A stretch of DNA of 32,000 bases, from contig NZ_LN831039.1 in assembly GCF_001457595.1 (NCBI RefSeq), positions 510,001 to 542,000 of the forward strand. The letters are read 5' to 3'. This DNA is from Mycolicibacterium smegmatis. Lineage in GTDB: Bacteria > Actinomycetota > Actinomycetes > Mycobacteriales > Mycobacteriaceae. Positions within the stretch are counted from its first letter, which is position 1. The number at the start of each line of letters is the position of its first letter. This document shows positions 9,547-17,856 of this stretch, piece after piece. Both the position numbers and the translations under genes were made by a program. The notes under the pieces were generated by a model. The model did not search any database. It saw only the letters and a program-made list of their open reading frames with translations, and was not told the origin of the DNA.

Positions 9547-10395
9547 GTGCTCAGATCTTTCGCTTCGGCCCTCGCCCTGACCGCCCTGCTCGCCGCGGGG
9601 TGCGCCGCCCGTTCTGATCAGCCGTCTCCCGAGAAGGCCGAGGCGGGTGCGGGCGAATCGGAAACCGTTGTTGAAGCAGCGGATTCGGACACCGGTGCCA
9701 TGGTGGTGCAGTACGAGGACGCCACCACTGAAGAGGCGCAACGGGGGCGTGAGCTGCTGCAGAAGACCGGGGTTCTCGAACAGCTCGCAGAAGACGTCAC
9801 CGCCACCTACAAGCTGCCGTATGACATCCCGCTCATCGGGGCGCAGTGCGATGAGGCCAACGACTTCTGGAGCCCTGACGACCAGGCGATGAGCATGTGT
9901 TACGAGGACGTCGACGAAAGTCTCAAGATCTTCGGTGAGGCCGGCGACCCCGACCCAGAGGAGTCGGCCCGTCGCGTCGTCGTCGCGTCGTTCTTCCACG
10001 AACTCGGGCACATGCTCATCGACATCTACCAGTTGCCGGCCACCGGTCGCGAAGAAGACGTCGCCGATCAACTGGCCGCGTCGATCCTGCTCGGCCCGGA
10101 CGACGACGGAAACATCGATCCCGACTACGTCCAGGCGGCCAAGGACCAGGCCCGCGAGTACCAGATCTATGCGCAGCAGGACGAACCCGACGAGGAGTTC
10201 TTCGCCGACGTTCACACCCTGGACAGAGCACGCGCCTACAACTTCGAATGCTGGATCTACGGATCCGATCCCGAGGCCAACGCCGACATCGTGGAGCAGG
10301 GATTGCTGCCCGAGTCGCGTGCCGAGCGCTGCCAGGACGAGTTCGACAAGCTCACCAATGCCTGGGCGGAGCTACTCGATCCGCACATCAAATAG
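9547..10395 (+). CDS. Secreted putative lipoprotein, DUF4344-like zinc metallopeptidase
   Basis: N-terminal signal 'LRSFASALALTALLAAGCAARS'; zinc-binding 'VASFFHELGHMLIDIYQLPATGREEDVADQLAASILL' (HExxH plus downstream Glu/Asp); six Cys in the mature region. GTG start. Confidence 0.82.
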   Translation: MLRSFASALALTALLAAGCAARSDQPSPEKAEAGAGESETVVEAADSDTGAMVVQYEDATTEEAQRGRELLQKTGVLEQLAEDVTATYKLPYDIPLIGAQCDEANDFWSPDDQAMSMCYEDVDESLKIFGEAGDPDPEESARRVVVASFFHELGHMLIDIYQLPATGREEDVADQLAASILLGPDDDGNIDPDYVQAAKDQAREYQIYAQQDEPDEEFFADVHTLDRARAYNFECWIYGSDPEANADIVEQGLLPESRAERCQDEFDKLTNAWAELLDPHIK

Positions 10396-10404
10396 CTCAT
10401 CGGT

Positions 10405-11004
10405 TCACGTCAGCACCATGCCGAGGCCGAGCGCGATCATCGTCACGGCGATCACGCCGTCGAGGATGCGCCAGGTCATCGGAGTGGCGAACAGCCCGGC
10501 CAGGCGCTTGGCGCCCAGACCGAGACCCAGGAACCAGATGGCGCTCGCCAGCACCGCGCCGGCGCCGAAGAGCCACCGTTGCTCGCGTTGTTCGTTGGCC
10601 AGGGTGCCCAGCAGCACCACGGTGTCGAGGTAGACGTGCGGGTTCAGCCAGGTCAGCGCGAGGCACGTGACGAGCACTTCGGCGAGGCGCGCCGGGGTGC
10701 GCTCGGACGGATTGAGCGTCGACGGACGCAAAGCCCGGCGTGCCGCGAGCACGCCGTAGCCGATGAGGAACGCTGCGCCGCCGAACTTCGTGACCGTTAC
10801 GGCATCGGGGTGTGCGGTGATCACCGCGCCGACGCCGGCAATGCCCGCGGTGATCAGCAGCAGGTCTGACACCGTGCAGACCGCGATCACGGGCAGGACA
10901 TGCTCGCGTCGGATGCCCTGGCGCAGCACGAACGCGTTCTGCGCGCCGATCGCGGCGATGAGTGCCATCGAGGTGAGGAAACCGAGGACCAGCGGGGAGT
11001 TCAC
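10405..11004 (-). CDS. LysE/ArgO family amino-acid exporter
   Basis: '[51 protein letters not shown]', '[17 protein letters not shown]' are LysE/ArgO hallmarks. Confidence 0.93.
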   Translation of the reverse strand: MNSPLVLGFLTSMALIAAIGAQNAFVLRQGIRREHVLPVIAVCTVSDLLLITAGIAGVGAVITAHPDAVTVTKFGGAAFLIGYGVLAARRALRPSTLNPSERTPARLAEVLVTCLALTWLNPHVYLDTVVLLGTLANEQREQRWLFGAGAVLASAIWFLGLGLGAKRLAGLFATPMTWRILDGVIAVTMIALGLGMVLT

Positions 11005-11093
11005 GCGGTCGACGTTATGAGCGCGTGTCGATCAAGTACAGCTAATGATTCTACATATGGATTAGTGCTGCTTATTTAAACTGGGCATCGAAA

Positions 11094-11119
11094 ATATCTC
11101 TGACTAAGGTCAGAGATAT
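11094..11119. promoter_or_regulatory. 26-bp perfect dyad ATATCTCTGAC-TAAG-GTCAGAGATAT overlapping the downstream start codon
   Basis: Direct reading: 11-bp arms and 4-nt spacer, overlapping the ATG at 11118-11120 of a MarR-domain gene. Confidence 0.75.
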
Positions 11120-11990
11120 GAGTGTCACGTCGGTTCTTCGCCGGTTCAACCGCACCTACACCCAGCGCATCGGTGTGCTAGACGAGTCGTACCTGGGCAC
11201 CGGCCGGCCGCTCAATGTCTCCCGCGTGTTGTTCGAGATCGGGGGCCTCGGGGCGGTGACGATCCGCGATCTGCGGGACCGGCTCGGGCTCGATTCCGGT
11301 TACGTCACCCGCATCCTGACGCGACTGGAGAACGAGGGGCTGGTACGCGTCGTGCCGGACCCGGCTGACGGACGACGCCGCATCGTCGAACTCACCGACG
11401 CGGGCCGGGAGGCCGTGAACGAACTCGAGGACCGCTCGGAGAGTCGTGCAGCCGACCTCGTCGCGCCGTTGACTGCCCGCCAGCGGGAGCGGCTCGCCGA
11501 CGCGCTCGCAACCGCCGAACTCCTGGTGCGTGCGGCGACGGTGCGACTCGTGGAGGTCGACCAGGATTCCGATGTCGCGCGCACGGCCCTCACGCACTAC
11601 TACGACGAGCTGAACCGGCGCTTCCCCCAGGGCTTCGACCCGGGCGCGCCGTCCGGTCCGGAACACGGTGCGCACTACATCGCCGCGATCAGCGACGGCC
11701 AACCGGTCGGCTTCGGTGGCATCCGACCGCTGGAGTCGGGCGACGACGGGCCGGTCGCCGAGGTCAAACGCATGTGGGTCGACGATCGCTGGCGCGGAGC
11801 GGGTCTGGGCAGCCGGATCCTTCGCCACCTGGAAACGCTTGCGGCCGAACATGGTTTCGCGCGAGTGCGGCTCGACACCAACGGCAACCTCGGCGAGGCG
11901 ATCGCGTTGTACGAGCGCACCGGTTACGCCCAGATCGATCGTTACAACGACAATCCCTATGCGCAGTTCTTCTTCGAGAAGCGGTTGTAG
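11118..11990 (+). CDS. MarR-type HTH domain fused to GNAT N-acetyltransferase
   Basis: N-term 'SRVLFEIGGLGAVTIRDLRDRLGLDSGYVTRILTRLENEGLVRVVPDPADGRRRIVELTDAG' (MarR winged helix); C-term 'EVKRMWVDDRWRGAGLGSRILRHLETLAAEHGFARVRLDTNGNLGEAIALYERTGYAQIDRYNDNPYAQFFFEK' (GNAT). Confidence 0.93.
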   Translation: MSVTSVLRRFNRTYTQRIGVLDESYLGTGRPLNVSRVLFEIGGLGAVTIRDLRDRLGLDSGYVTRILTRLENEGLVRVVPDPADGRRRIVELTDAGREAVNELEDRSESRAADLVAPLTARQRERLADALATAELLVRAATVRLVEVDQDSDVARTALTHYYDELNRRFPQGFDPGAPSGPEHGAHYIAAISDGQPVGFGGIRPLESGDDGPVAEVKRMWVDDRWRGAGLGSRILRHLETLAAEHGFARVRLDTNGNLGEAIALYERTGYAQIDRYNDNPYAQFFFEKRL

Positions 11991-12877
11991 GCCGGACATT
12001 CTCTCGATCCGCGTGCGCTCAGCACCGCGTTGCTGACGACGATGAGGCCGATGCCGAACCATTCGTGCGCGGCGAGGGCCTGACCGAGCAGCACCCACCC
12101 CGCCAGCGCCGCCCAGACCGGGTTGACGCTGGTGAAGGTGCCGAACATCTGGGCGGGGACCCGGCGCAGCGCGAGCAGATCTGCGACATACGGCGCGATC
12201 GAGGACATCACCCCGCACGCGGTCGCCAACGCGATGGCGGCGACAGTGGGAACATGCGTCGCGAACCAAGCGATGGCGATGGGTGTCCATGCGAGCGCGG
12301 TGACGACGGCCGCCGTGGCTGTGCCCTGCAAGCCCGGCAGACGTTGGCCGACAGTGCGATTCAACAACACGTACGTTCCCCAGCAGGTTCCGGCGACCAG
12401 CGCCAGGCCGACGCCGACGAAGTCGGTGGCGGGGCCGGGCTGCGTGAGCACGACGACGCCGGCGCCCGCGATCAGGGCGCAGCCCATGTCGAGCAGCCGA
12501 CGTGAGCCGGCGATCGCCACGGTGAGCGGGCCCAGGAATTCGAGCGTGACAGCCAGGGCCAGGCCGATGCGGTTGACGGCGGTATAGAGGCTCAGGTTCA
12601 TGACGCTGAACACCAGGACCAGGCCGACGATGGGTGGCCACTGGTCCCGGCGCAGGCCGCGCAGACTGGGGCGCACGGTGGGAGCGAGGACCAGCGCGGT
12701 GGTGAACTGCCGGATCGCGACCACACCGACCGTTCCGATCATGGGGAACGCCATCGCACCGAGGCCGGCACCGGCCTGGTTCGACGCCGAACTGCTCAGC
12801 ATGAGGGCGATGCCCACACGGCGATGGCGTCCAGATGCTGAGCTGGTCGCCCGATCTGTGGCCTCCGGCATCTGCAT
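11957..12877 (-). CDS. EamA/DMT superfamily transporter (RhtA-like)
   Basis: Ten hydrophobic segments, e.g. 'WPPIVGLVLVFSVMNLSLYTAVNRIGLALAVTLEFLGPLTVAI', 'FGTFTSVNPVWAALAGWVLLGQALAAHEWFGIGLIVVSNAV'. Start set at in-frame ATG 12877 rather than the ORF-track 12934, because the longer version would intrude further into the divergent promoter region. Confidence 0.88.
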   Translation of the reverse strand: MQMPEATDRATSSASGRHRRVGIALMLSSSASNQAGAGLGAMAFPMIGTVGVVAIRQFTTALVLAPTVRPSLRGLRRDQWPPIVGLVLVFSVMNLSLYTAVNRIGLALAVTLEFLGPLTVAIAGSRRLLDMGCALIAGAGVVVLTQPGPATDFVGVGLALVAGTCWGTYVLLNRTVGQRLPGLQGTATAAVVTALAWTPIAIAWFATHVPTVAAIALATACGVMSSIAPYVADLLALRRVPAQMFGTFTSVNPVWAALAGWVLLGQALAAHEWFGIGLIVVSNAVLSARGSRECPAYNRFSKKNCA

Positions 12878-12945
12878 GCGACCAGCGTAAGTACGTGGCT
12901 GCCATTCACCTAGTGCATGTTTTGACGATGCCATACGATCTGGTT

Positions 12946-13803
12946 ATGGAATGGACGCTGCGGGAACTCCGCGTTTTCGTGACGGCCGCCGATACCGGAT
13001 CGTTCACCGATGCCGCAGCGCAGCTTCATGTTTCGCAGGCCGCGGTGTCGCGCACGATCGCAGGCCTGGAGAAGATCGTCGGCGACAGGCTTCTGCGGCG
13101 GGTTCCGCGCGGGTGTGAGCTCACCGCGGCGGGACAGCAGATCCTGCCGCTGGCGCGCAGAGTGTTGGCCGAAGCCGAAAGCTTCACGGAGTTCCTGCAT
13201 TCGCGCCATGGAGTGTTGAGGCTGGGTTACGCGTGGGCCGCGGTCGGTCGGCACACCGCGCGTCTGCAACGGGACTGGGCGCAGCGGCAGGCTGACATCG
13301 AATTGGAACTGGTCCGGCACAATTCGCCCACGGCGGGGCTTGCGGAGGGTCTGTGTGACGTGGCGGTGATCCGGCGGCCGACCGACGAAAAGCGTTTCGC
13401 GTCGGTCATCGTCGGGCTGGAGCGTCGGCTTGTCGCGTTCGCATCCGACGACGAGCAGTGGTCGGGGCGCAGGCAGCTGAGCATGGCCGAGATCGCCGAC
13501 CGCACCGTGATCATCGATCCACGGATCGGCACCACGAGCAGCGAGTTGTGGGAAGGTTCGGGGCACGTGCCGCAGTTCATCGTGTCCACCGACGTCGACA
13601 CCTGGCTCGACGCGATCGCAGCCGGTCGTGGCGTGGGCACCACTGCCGAGGCCACCGCCCACCACCACCCGCGTCACGGCGTGACGTATCGGCCCATCAA
13701 GGACGGGCCCCGGATCGCGGTGCGGCTCGCATGGTGGCGCGACCATCGGCCGCGCGGCCTCGACGAGCTGGTCGACGCGGTGACCCGGCTCTACTCCACG
13801 TGA
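12946..13803 (+). CDS. LysR family transcriptional regulator
   Basis: 'MEWTLRELRVFVTAADTGSFTDAAAQLHVSQAAVSRTIAGLEKIVGDRLLRRVPRGCELTAAGQQILPLARRVL' canonical LysR HTH; earlier in-frame starts (12928, 12835) are possible but less likely. Confidence 0.93.
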   Translation: MEWTLRELRVFVTAADTGSFTDAAAQLHVSQAAVSRTIAGLEKIVGDRLLRRVPRGCELTAAGQQILPLARRVLAEAESFTEFLHSRHGVLRLGYAWAAVGRHTARLQRDWAQRQADIELELVRHNSPTAGLAEGLCDVAVIRRPTDEKRFASVIVGLERRLVAFASDDEQWSGRRQLSMAEIADRTVIIDPRIGTTSSELWEGSGHVPQFIVSTDVDTWLDAIAAGRGVGTTAEATAHHHPRHGVTYRPIKDGPRIAVRLAWWRDHRPRGLDELVDAVTRLYST

Positions 13804-15395
13804 GACAGCGGCTCGGGCATCGCTGCGAGCTGGTTGAACTCGTCGAATGCTGCCATTCGGTCGCGGTACGGCACGTCGGCGATATGAGGCGAGGGCAGGT
13901 CCCACACCAAGGTCGACGGCGTGTGCTCGGAGAACTGTGGCCACGAGACGGGGCCCTGGACCGACGGGTCGCCAGTGGCCAGGAAGCTGAGCCAGGCCGC
14001 GCGTAGCTGTCTACCGAGTGTGCGGTCGGCATCGGTCCATGGCCAGTCCCGCACGCCGTAGGTGCCGAACAGGTAAGGCACGTCTGCTCCGTGAAATGCC
14101 GCGGCGTAGGACTTTTCGATGAGGTCGCTGTCGGGTGGGATCGGTGGTCGGCGCAGGAAGTTGTAGTGCCACAGCGGGCTGTTTCCGCGACGTGCCTGTA
14201 GACGGGCAGCGGTCCAGCTGGACCACACGAAGATCCGGTCGCTCTCCAGCGCCCTGCTGGCGGCGGGGACCTCGGCGTCCGACGATGCGGGATAGAGCTC
14301 GAGGAGCCGGGCGGCGTGTACGCCGTACGTGCGGCGTACGTGGTCGTGATAATCACGCAGACACGCGAGATACCGCGACCCGGATCGTTCATTGCCCACG
14401 TTCCCGACGATCATCGGCACGTCGAGTGCGCGACCGCTCTGGTACGCGGTGAGCGGTGATTCCCGCAGAACGTGGCCGTCGACAACGGGATAGGCCGCGT
14501 CGACCACGTGCGTACTCGTCGACGGGCCCGGCCTGCTGTCCGAACACCACGCGCCCTTGGCGCGTGGAAGCGAAACCGCGGCAAGGGTTTCAGGGGGAAC
14601 CGCCCGCAACTGCGCGGCTGTTCGCGCGCCCAGCAGATCGGCGATCTCGGTGCCGGCCTGTTCCGCGGCCGAAAGGCTCTGCGGGTTCGCGGCGTGGCTG
14701 GGGCCGTCGAGGACGGGCGCCACTCCGGGGCCGCTCTGGGCGATTGCGCGGTGGATCAGTCCCGCGGCCAGGTCCGACGCCCGCAGATTGTGCACGCTGT
14801 GGCCGCCGGCCGACACCCCCGCAACGGTCACCCTGGTCGGGTCGCCGCCGAATGCTTCGACGTTGTCCTGCACCCACCGCAGCGCCGCGAGTTGGTCGAG
14901 CATTCCGTAGTTGCCGGAGACGCCGTGATCGGACTCGGCCGACAGTGCCGGGTGCGCGAAGAAGCCCAAGCGACTCAACCGGAAGTTCACGCTGACAACC
15001 GTCGCGCCGTCGCGCGCGAGCACCGTCCCGTCGTACAGCGGGTTGGACGCCGACCCGAACTGGAACGCGCCGAAGTGCAACCACACCAGGACGGGACGAG
15101 GCTGCTCGCCGCGCGGGCCGGTCCAGACGTTCAAGTACAGACAGTCCTCGCTGAACTCGCGCTCACCGCCGTGATACAGCGAATTGGCCGCAACGTGCGG
15201 CTGCGGTGCACTCGGTCCGTAACGCAGCGTAAGACGGACACCGGTCCAAGGCTTCACGGGTTGCGGTGGCCGCCAACGGAGATCCCCGACCGGCGGCGCG
15301 GCATAGGGGATACCGAGAAACCAGCGGACCTTGCCGTCGGGGGAGTTATGGCCTTCGATCCGGCCACCCGTGACGGTGACCTGTGCGGCAGTCAT
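13791..15395 (-). CDS. Type B carboxylesterase/lipase family protein
   Basis: 'VRWFLGIPYAAPPVGDLRWRPPQPVKPW', 'FSEDCLYLNVWTGP', 'NYGMLDQLAALRWVQDNVEAFGGDPTRVTVAGVSAGGHSVHNL', 'SVNFRLSRLGFFAHP'. Confidence 0.92.
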   Translation of the reverse strand: MTAAQVTVTGGRIEGHNSPDGKVRWFLGIPYAAPPVGDLRWRPPQPVKPWTGVRLTLRYGPSAPQPHVAANSLYHGGEREFSEDCLYLNVWTGPRGEQPRPVLVWLHFGAFQFGSASNPLYDGTVLARDGATVVSVNFRLSRLGFFAHPALSAESDHGVSGNYGMLDQLAALRWVQDNVEAFGGDPTRVTVAGVSAGGHSVHNLRASDLAAGLIHRAIAQSGPGVAPVLDGPSHAANPQSLSAAEQAGTEIADLLGARTAAQLRAVPPETLAAVSLPRAKGAWCSDSRPGPSTSTHVVDAAYPVVDGHVLRESPLTAYQSGRALDVPMIVGNVGNERSGSRYLACLRDYHDHVRRTYGVHAARLLELYPASSDAEVPAASRALESDRIFVWSSWTAARLQARRGNSPLWHYNFLRRPPIPPDSDLIEKSYAAAFHGADVPYLFGTYGVRDWPWTDADRTLGRQLRAAWLSFLATGDPSVQGPVSWPQFSEHTPSTLVWDLPSPHIADVPYRDRMAAFDEFNQLAAMPEPLSHVE

Positions 15396-15505
15396 GGCGC
15401 TCCTTGATGCGGTGATCCTGACCGTGTCCGAACGCTAGTCACCGATCGAGTACAGCGGAATCCGCGTTCTGGTGTGCAGAACAGCACAACTATTTCCGCT
15501 GGGGC

Positions 15506-16309
15506 TCAGGGTGTGTCTTCACCTGATCCGTCGTCCACGCCGTCGCTGTCATCGGCAGGCGGCGCGTCGCCGGTATCGGGGGCGTCGCCGGTAGGCGGGT
15601 CGACAGCATCGGGTTGATCTCCGGCGCCGTGGTTGGGATTGGTGCAGATGGTGCCCTCGCAGGGCGAGTATCCGTTGCTGCCGTCGGGGTTCCTGATGGC
15701 GTCGGGCGCGACGAAAGTGCCCGCAGGGCACGCCGGATCCTGGTTCTTGGCGCAGTACTCGTGGGTCAGGTTGTTGCCGGTCGATCCGTCGGCACCGGCC
15801 GGGCCGCCGTTGATGGGCCGGCCGTCGGGGCCCCACGTCCCGACAGGGTCGGCGGCGCCGTGGTTCGGGTTGGTGCAGATGGTGCCCTCGCAGACCACGT
15901 ACGTGGGTGATCCGTCCGGGTTCCGGATGGCGTTCGGGCCGACGTAGCTGCCGACCGGGCAGGCCGGATCCTCATTGCGGGCGCAGTATTCCTGGGTCAG
16001 GTTGTTGCCGGTCGATCCGTCCGCGCCGACCGGACCGCCGTTCACGGGTGCCCCGTTGGCGTCCCAGTGACCGCCTCCCGATTTCACCGCGACGAATGGT
16101 CCGACGTAACTGCCCGCAGGACACTTCGAATCCCGGTTGTGCGCACAGAACTGTGTGTCCGGTGCCGGCGCGGCGCTCGACTGTGCGACCGCCGACGACG
16201 TGGCCGACGGGGATTCTTCGGCCGCAGGCCCCGATTGGGATCCGCAACCTCCCACAAGCAGGGCGAAAACCGCCGCAAGCAGCACGAACATCCTGGATCG
16301 CAACGTCAT
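15506..16309 (-). CDS. Secreted Cys-rich tandem-repeat putative lipoprotein with acidic C-terminal tail
   Basis: 'MTLRSRMFVLLAAVFALLVGGCGSQSG' signal/lipobox-like; repeated 'CAxNxDxxCPxGxxVxP' and 'CEGTICTNPNHGA'; C-term 'DPPTGDAPDTGDAPPADDSDGVDDGSGEDTP'. Confidence 0.85.
   Translation of the reverse strand: MTLRSRMFVLLAAVFALLVGGCGSQSGPAAEESPSATSSAVAQSSAAPAPDTQFCAHNRDSKCPAGSYVGPFVAVKSGGGHWDANGAPVNGGPVGADGSTGNNLTQEYCARNEDPACPVGSYVGPNAIRNPDGSPTYVVCEGTICTNPNHGAADPVGTWGPDGRPINGGPAGADGSTGNNLTHEYCAKNQDPACPAGTFVAPDAIRNPDGSNGYSPCEGTICTNPNHGAGDQPDAVDPPTGDAPDTGDAPPADDSDGVDDGSGEDTP
15626..16087. repeat. In-frame tandem repeat, period 231 bp (77 aa), about two copies plus a divergent half copy
   Basis: 'gccgtggttgggattggtgcagatggtgccctcgcag' at 15626 recurs as 'gccgtggttcgggttggtgcagatggtgccctcgcag' at 15857 (offset 231); the protein units 'NGGPxGADGSTGNNLTxEYCAxNxDPACPxGxxVxPxAIRNPDGS...CEGTICTNPNHGA' align. 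Confidence 0.85.
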
Positions 16310-16586
16310 TCAACTCTCCCCGAGAGACGGCATCATGAAAGCCTTTGTCGCATAACAATCTTGAGCAAAGGCGACCTGTTCGCCACCATAGACCCGTTTG
16401 CTTGCACAGTGAAGGGTTTACGTCGGTGCGGGTGACGGTAGAGCAGCCGTCGGCGGCCCACTGAACGTGCACGAACGTACGGTTCGGATCGTGCGTGTCG
16501 CGGCGCCGCCGAAAACCAGCAGACGGAATCGAGCGGTTATACCGACCATTGGTATGTAAATAGGCGTGCTAGCTGGTCAAACGCCG

Positions 16587-16619
16587 CTACGGATTCCGTA
16601 GGCGCTGATCGCGCGATCA
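16587..16619. promoter_or_regulatory. Two adjacent dyads: CTACGG-ATT-CCGTAG (16587-16601) and TGATCGCGCGATCA (16606-16619)
   Basis: Direct reading; located in the ~560 bp gap between the divergent lipoprotein gene and the LuxR/glycan block. Confidence 0.45.
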
Positions 16620-16872
16620 AGAAAAATATATACACCTGCAAAAGCTAGCGGTGACCTGGGAAAATTCGCGTTGACCGTAGTTCTGGCAAATGTTTACGAT
16701 TCCTGCGGACCTCAGAGAGGGCCACTCGCGTGTTACAGGGGGGAACTGCGTTGAAGCGTGGATATGGGCCATCGTTGCTGGTCGGGGTTGCGAGCCGCCG
16801 ATGCCGTGGAGCCGGTCGCGGATTCGAGATCAACACTGCACTGGCACGACAAGGTTGCCGACGTTGACACAG

Positions 16873-17691
16873 GTGGACATGGGCAACGTCTCTTACGCTG
16901 CGACGCCGTCCGAACGGGAATCGGTGTGTGGACACACTGCTCTGTACCGTCGCCGATCGGCGCCAGGGGCCCGGACGTCATTCTCGTGCCAGGATGACCT
17001 GCGCGTTGTCCCAGATGACGGAGTCGGTCTGCTGCGGGACACGAGAATCCTCGTCGTCGACGACTCCACGCTGTACCGGGACTACCTCGCCGCGGCGCTC
17101 GCGGCGCATGGTGCGGTCGCTCCCGGCGTCGCCTGGGACGGGCCGTCCCTGCTCGCCTCGTTCGATGCCACCATGCCGCGCGTCATCCTGCTCAACATGG
17201 CCACTCGCGACAGCGCGACACTGCTGAAACAGGCCTTGGCGCTCGGACCGCACACGCGCGTCGTGGTCATCGGGATCGCAGAAGACGACGAAAGCGCGAT
17301 AGTCGCATGCGCGGAAGCCGGTGTGGCCGGCTACCACTCTCGTTCCGAGTCGCTCGACGAGCTCCTCGAACTGATCCACAAGGTAGCTGTGGGCGAGACG
17401 CTGTGTTCGCCGAAGGTTTCAGCAATCCTTCTCAGAAGGCTGTCGACACTGGCCGCCCAACGAGAGCCGGCACCGACAGAACTGGTTCTCACGCGTCGGG
17501 AGATCGAAATCCTGCGCATGCTCGAAGCCGGGCGCACGAACCGTGAGATCGCCGAGCAGCTCTGCATCGCCGTCCACACCGTGAAGAGCCACGTGCACAA
17601 TCTGCTGGCCAAGCTGGGCGTCAGCACGCGCGCGCAGGCGGCCGCGTTGTCCCGCACCATGCGGTACACCGCGGACCCACAAGAGGACTAG
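16873..17691 (+). CDS. Orphan LuxR-family regulator with degenerate (pseudo-)receiver domain
   Basis: 'RDTRILVVDDSTLYRDYLAAALAAHG...PRVILLNMATRDS...TRVVVIGIAEDD...GYHSRSESLDELL' plus HTH 'LTRREIEILRMLEAGRTNREIAEQLCIAVHTVKSHVHNLLAKLGVSTRAQAAALSR'. Start uncertain: GTG 16873, ATG 16879, or upstream to 16690. Confidence 0.85.
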   Translation: MDMGNVSYAATPSERESVCGHTALYRRRSAPGARTSFSCQDDLRVVPDDGVGLLRDTRILVVDDSTLYRDYLAAALAAHGAVAPGVAWDGPSLLASFDATMPRVILLNMATRDSATLLKQALALGPHTRVVVIGIAEDDESAIVACAEAGVAGYHSRSESLDELLELIHKVAVGETLCSPKVSAILLRRLSTLAAQREPAPTELVLTRREIEILRMLEAGRTNREIAEQLCIAVHTVKSHVHNLLAKLGVSTRAQAAALSRTMRYTADPQED

Positions 17692-17856
17692 TCCGCGATC
17701 TAGACCGGTCCGGTCCCCGAAATCGATCCCCAATTCACTCTGATGGCCGATGTGCCAACAGCTTTCGGTGGCTGATAGTGAAGAGGTGTTCATGGGGGTA
17801 GCTGAGCGCCAGGTCGCTCGATCGCTGGAAACAGATCCGAATGAAGGATGTCGCTG

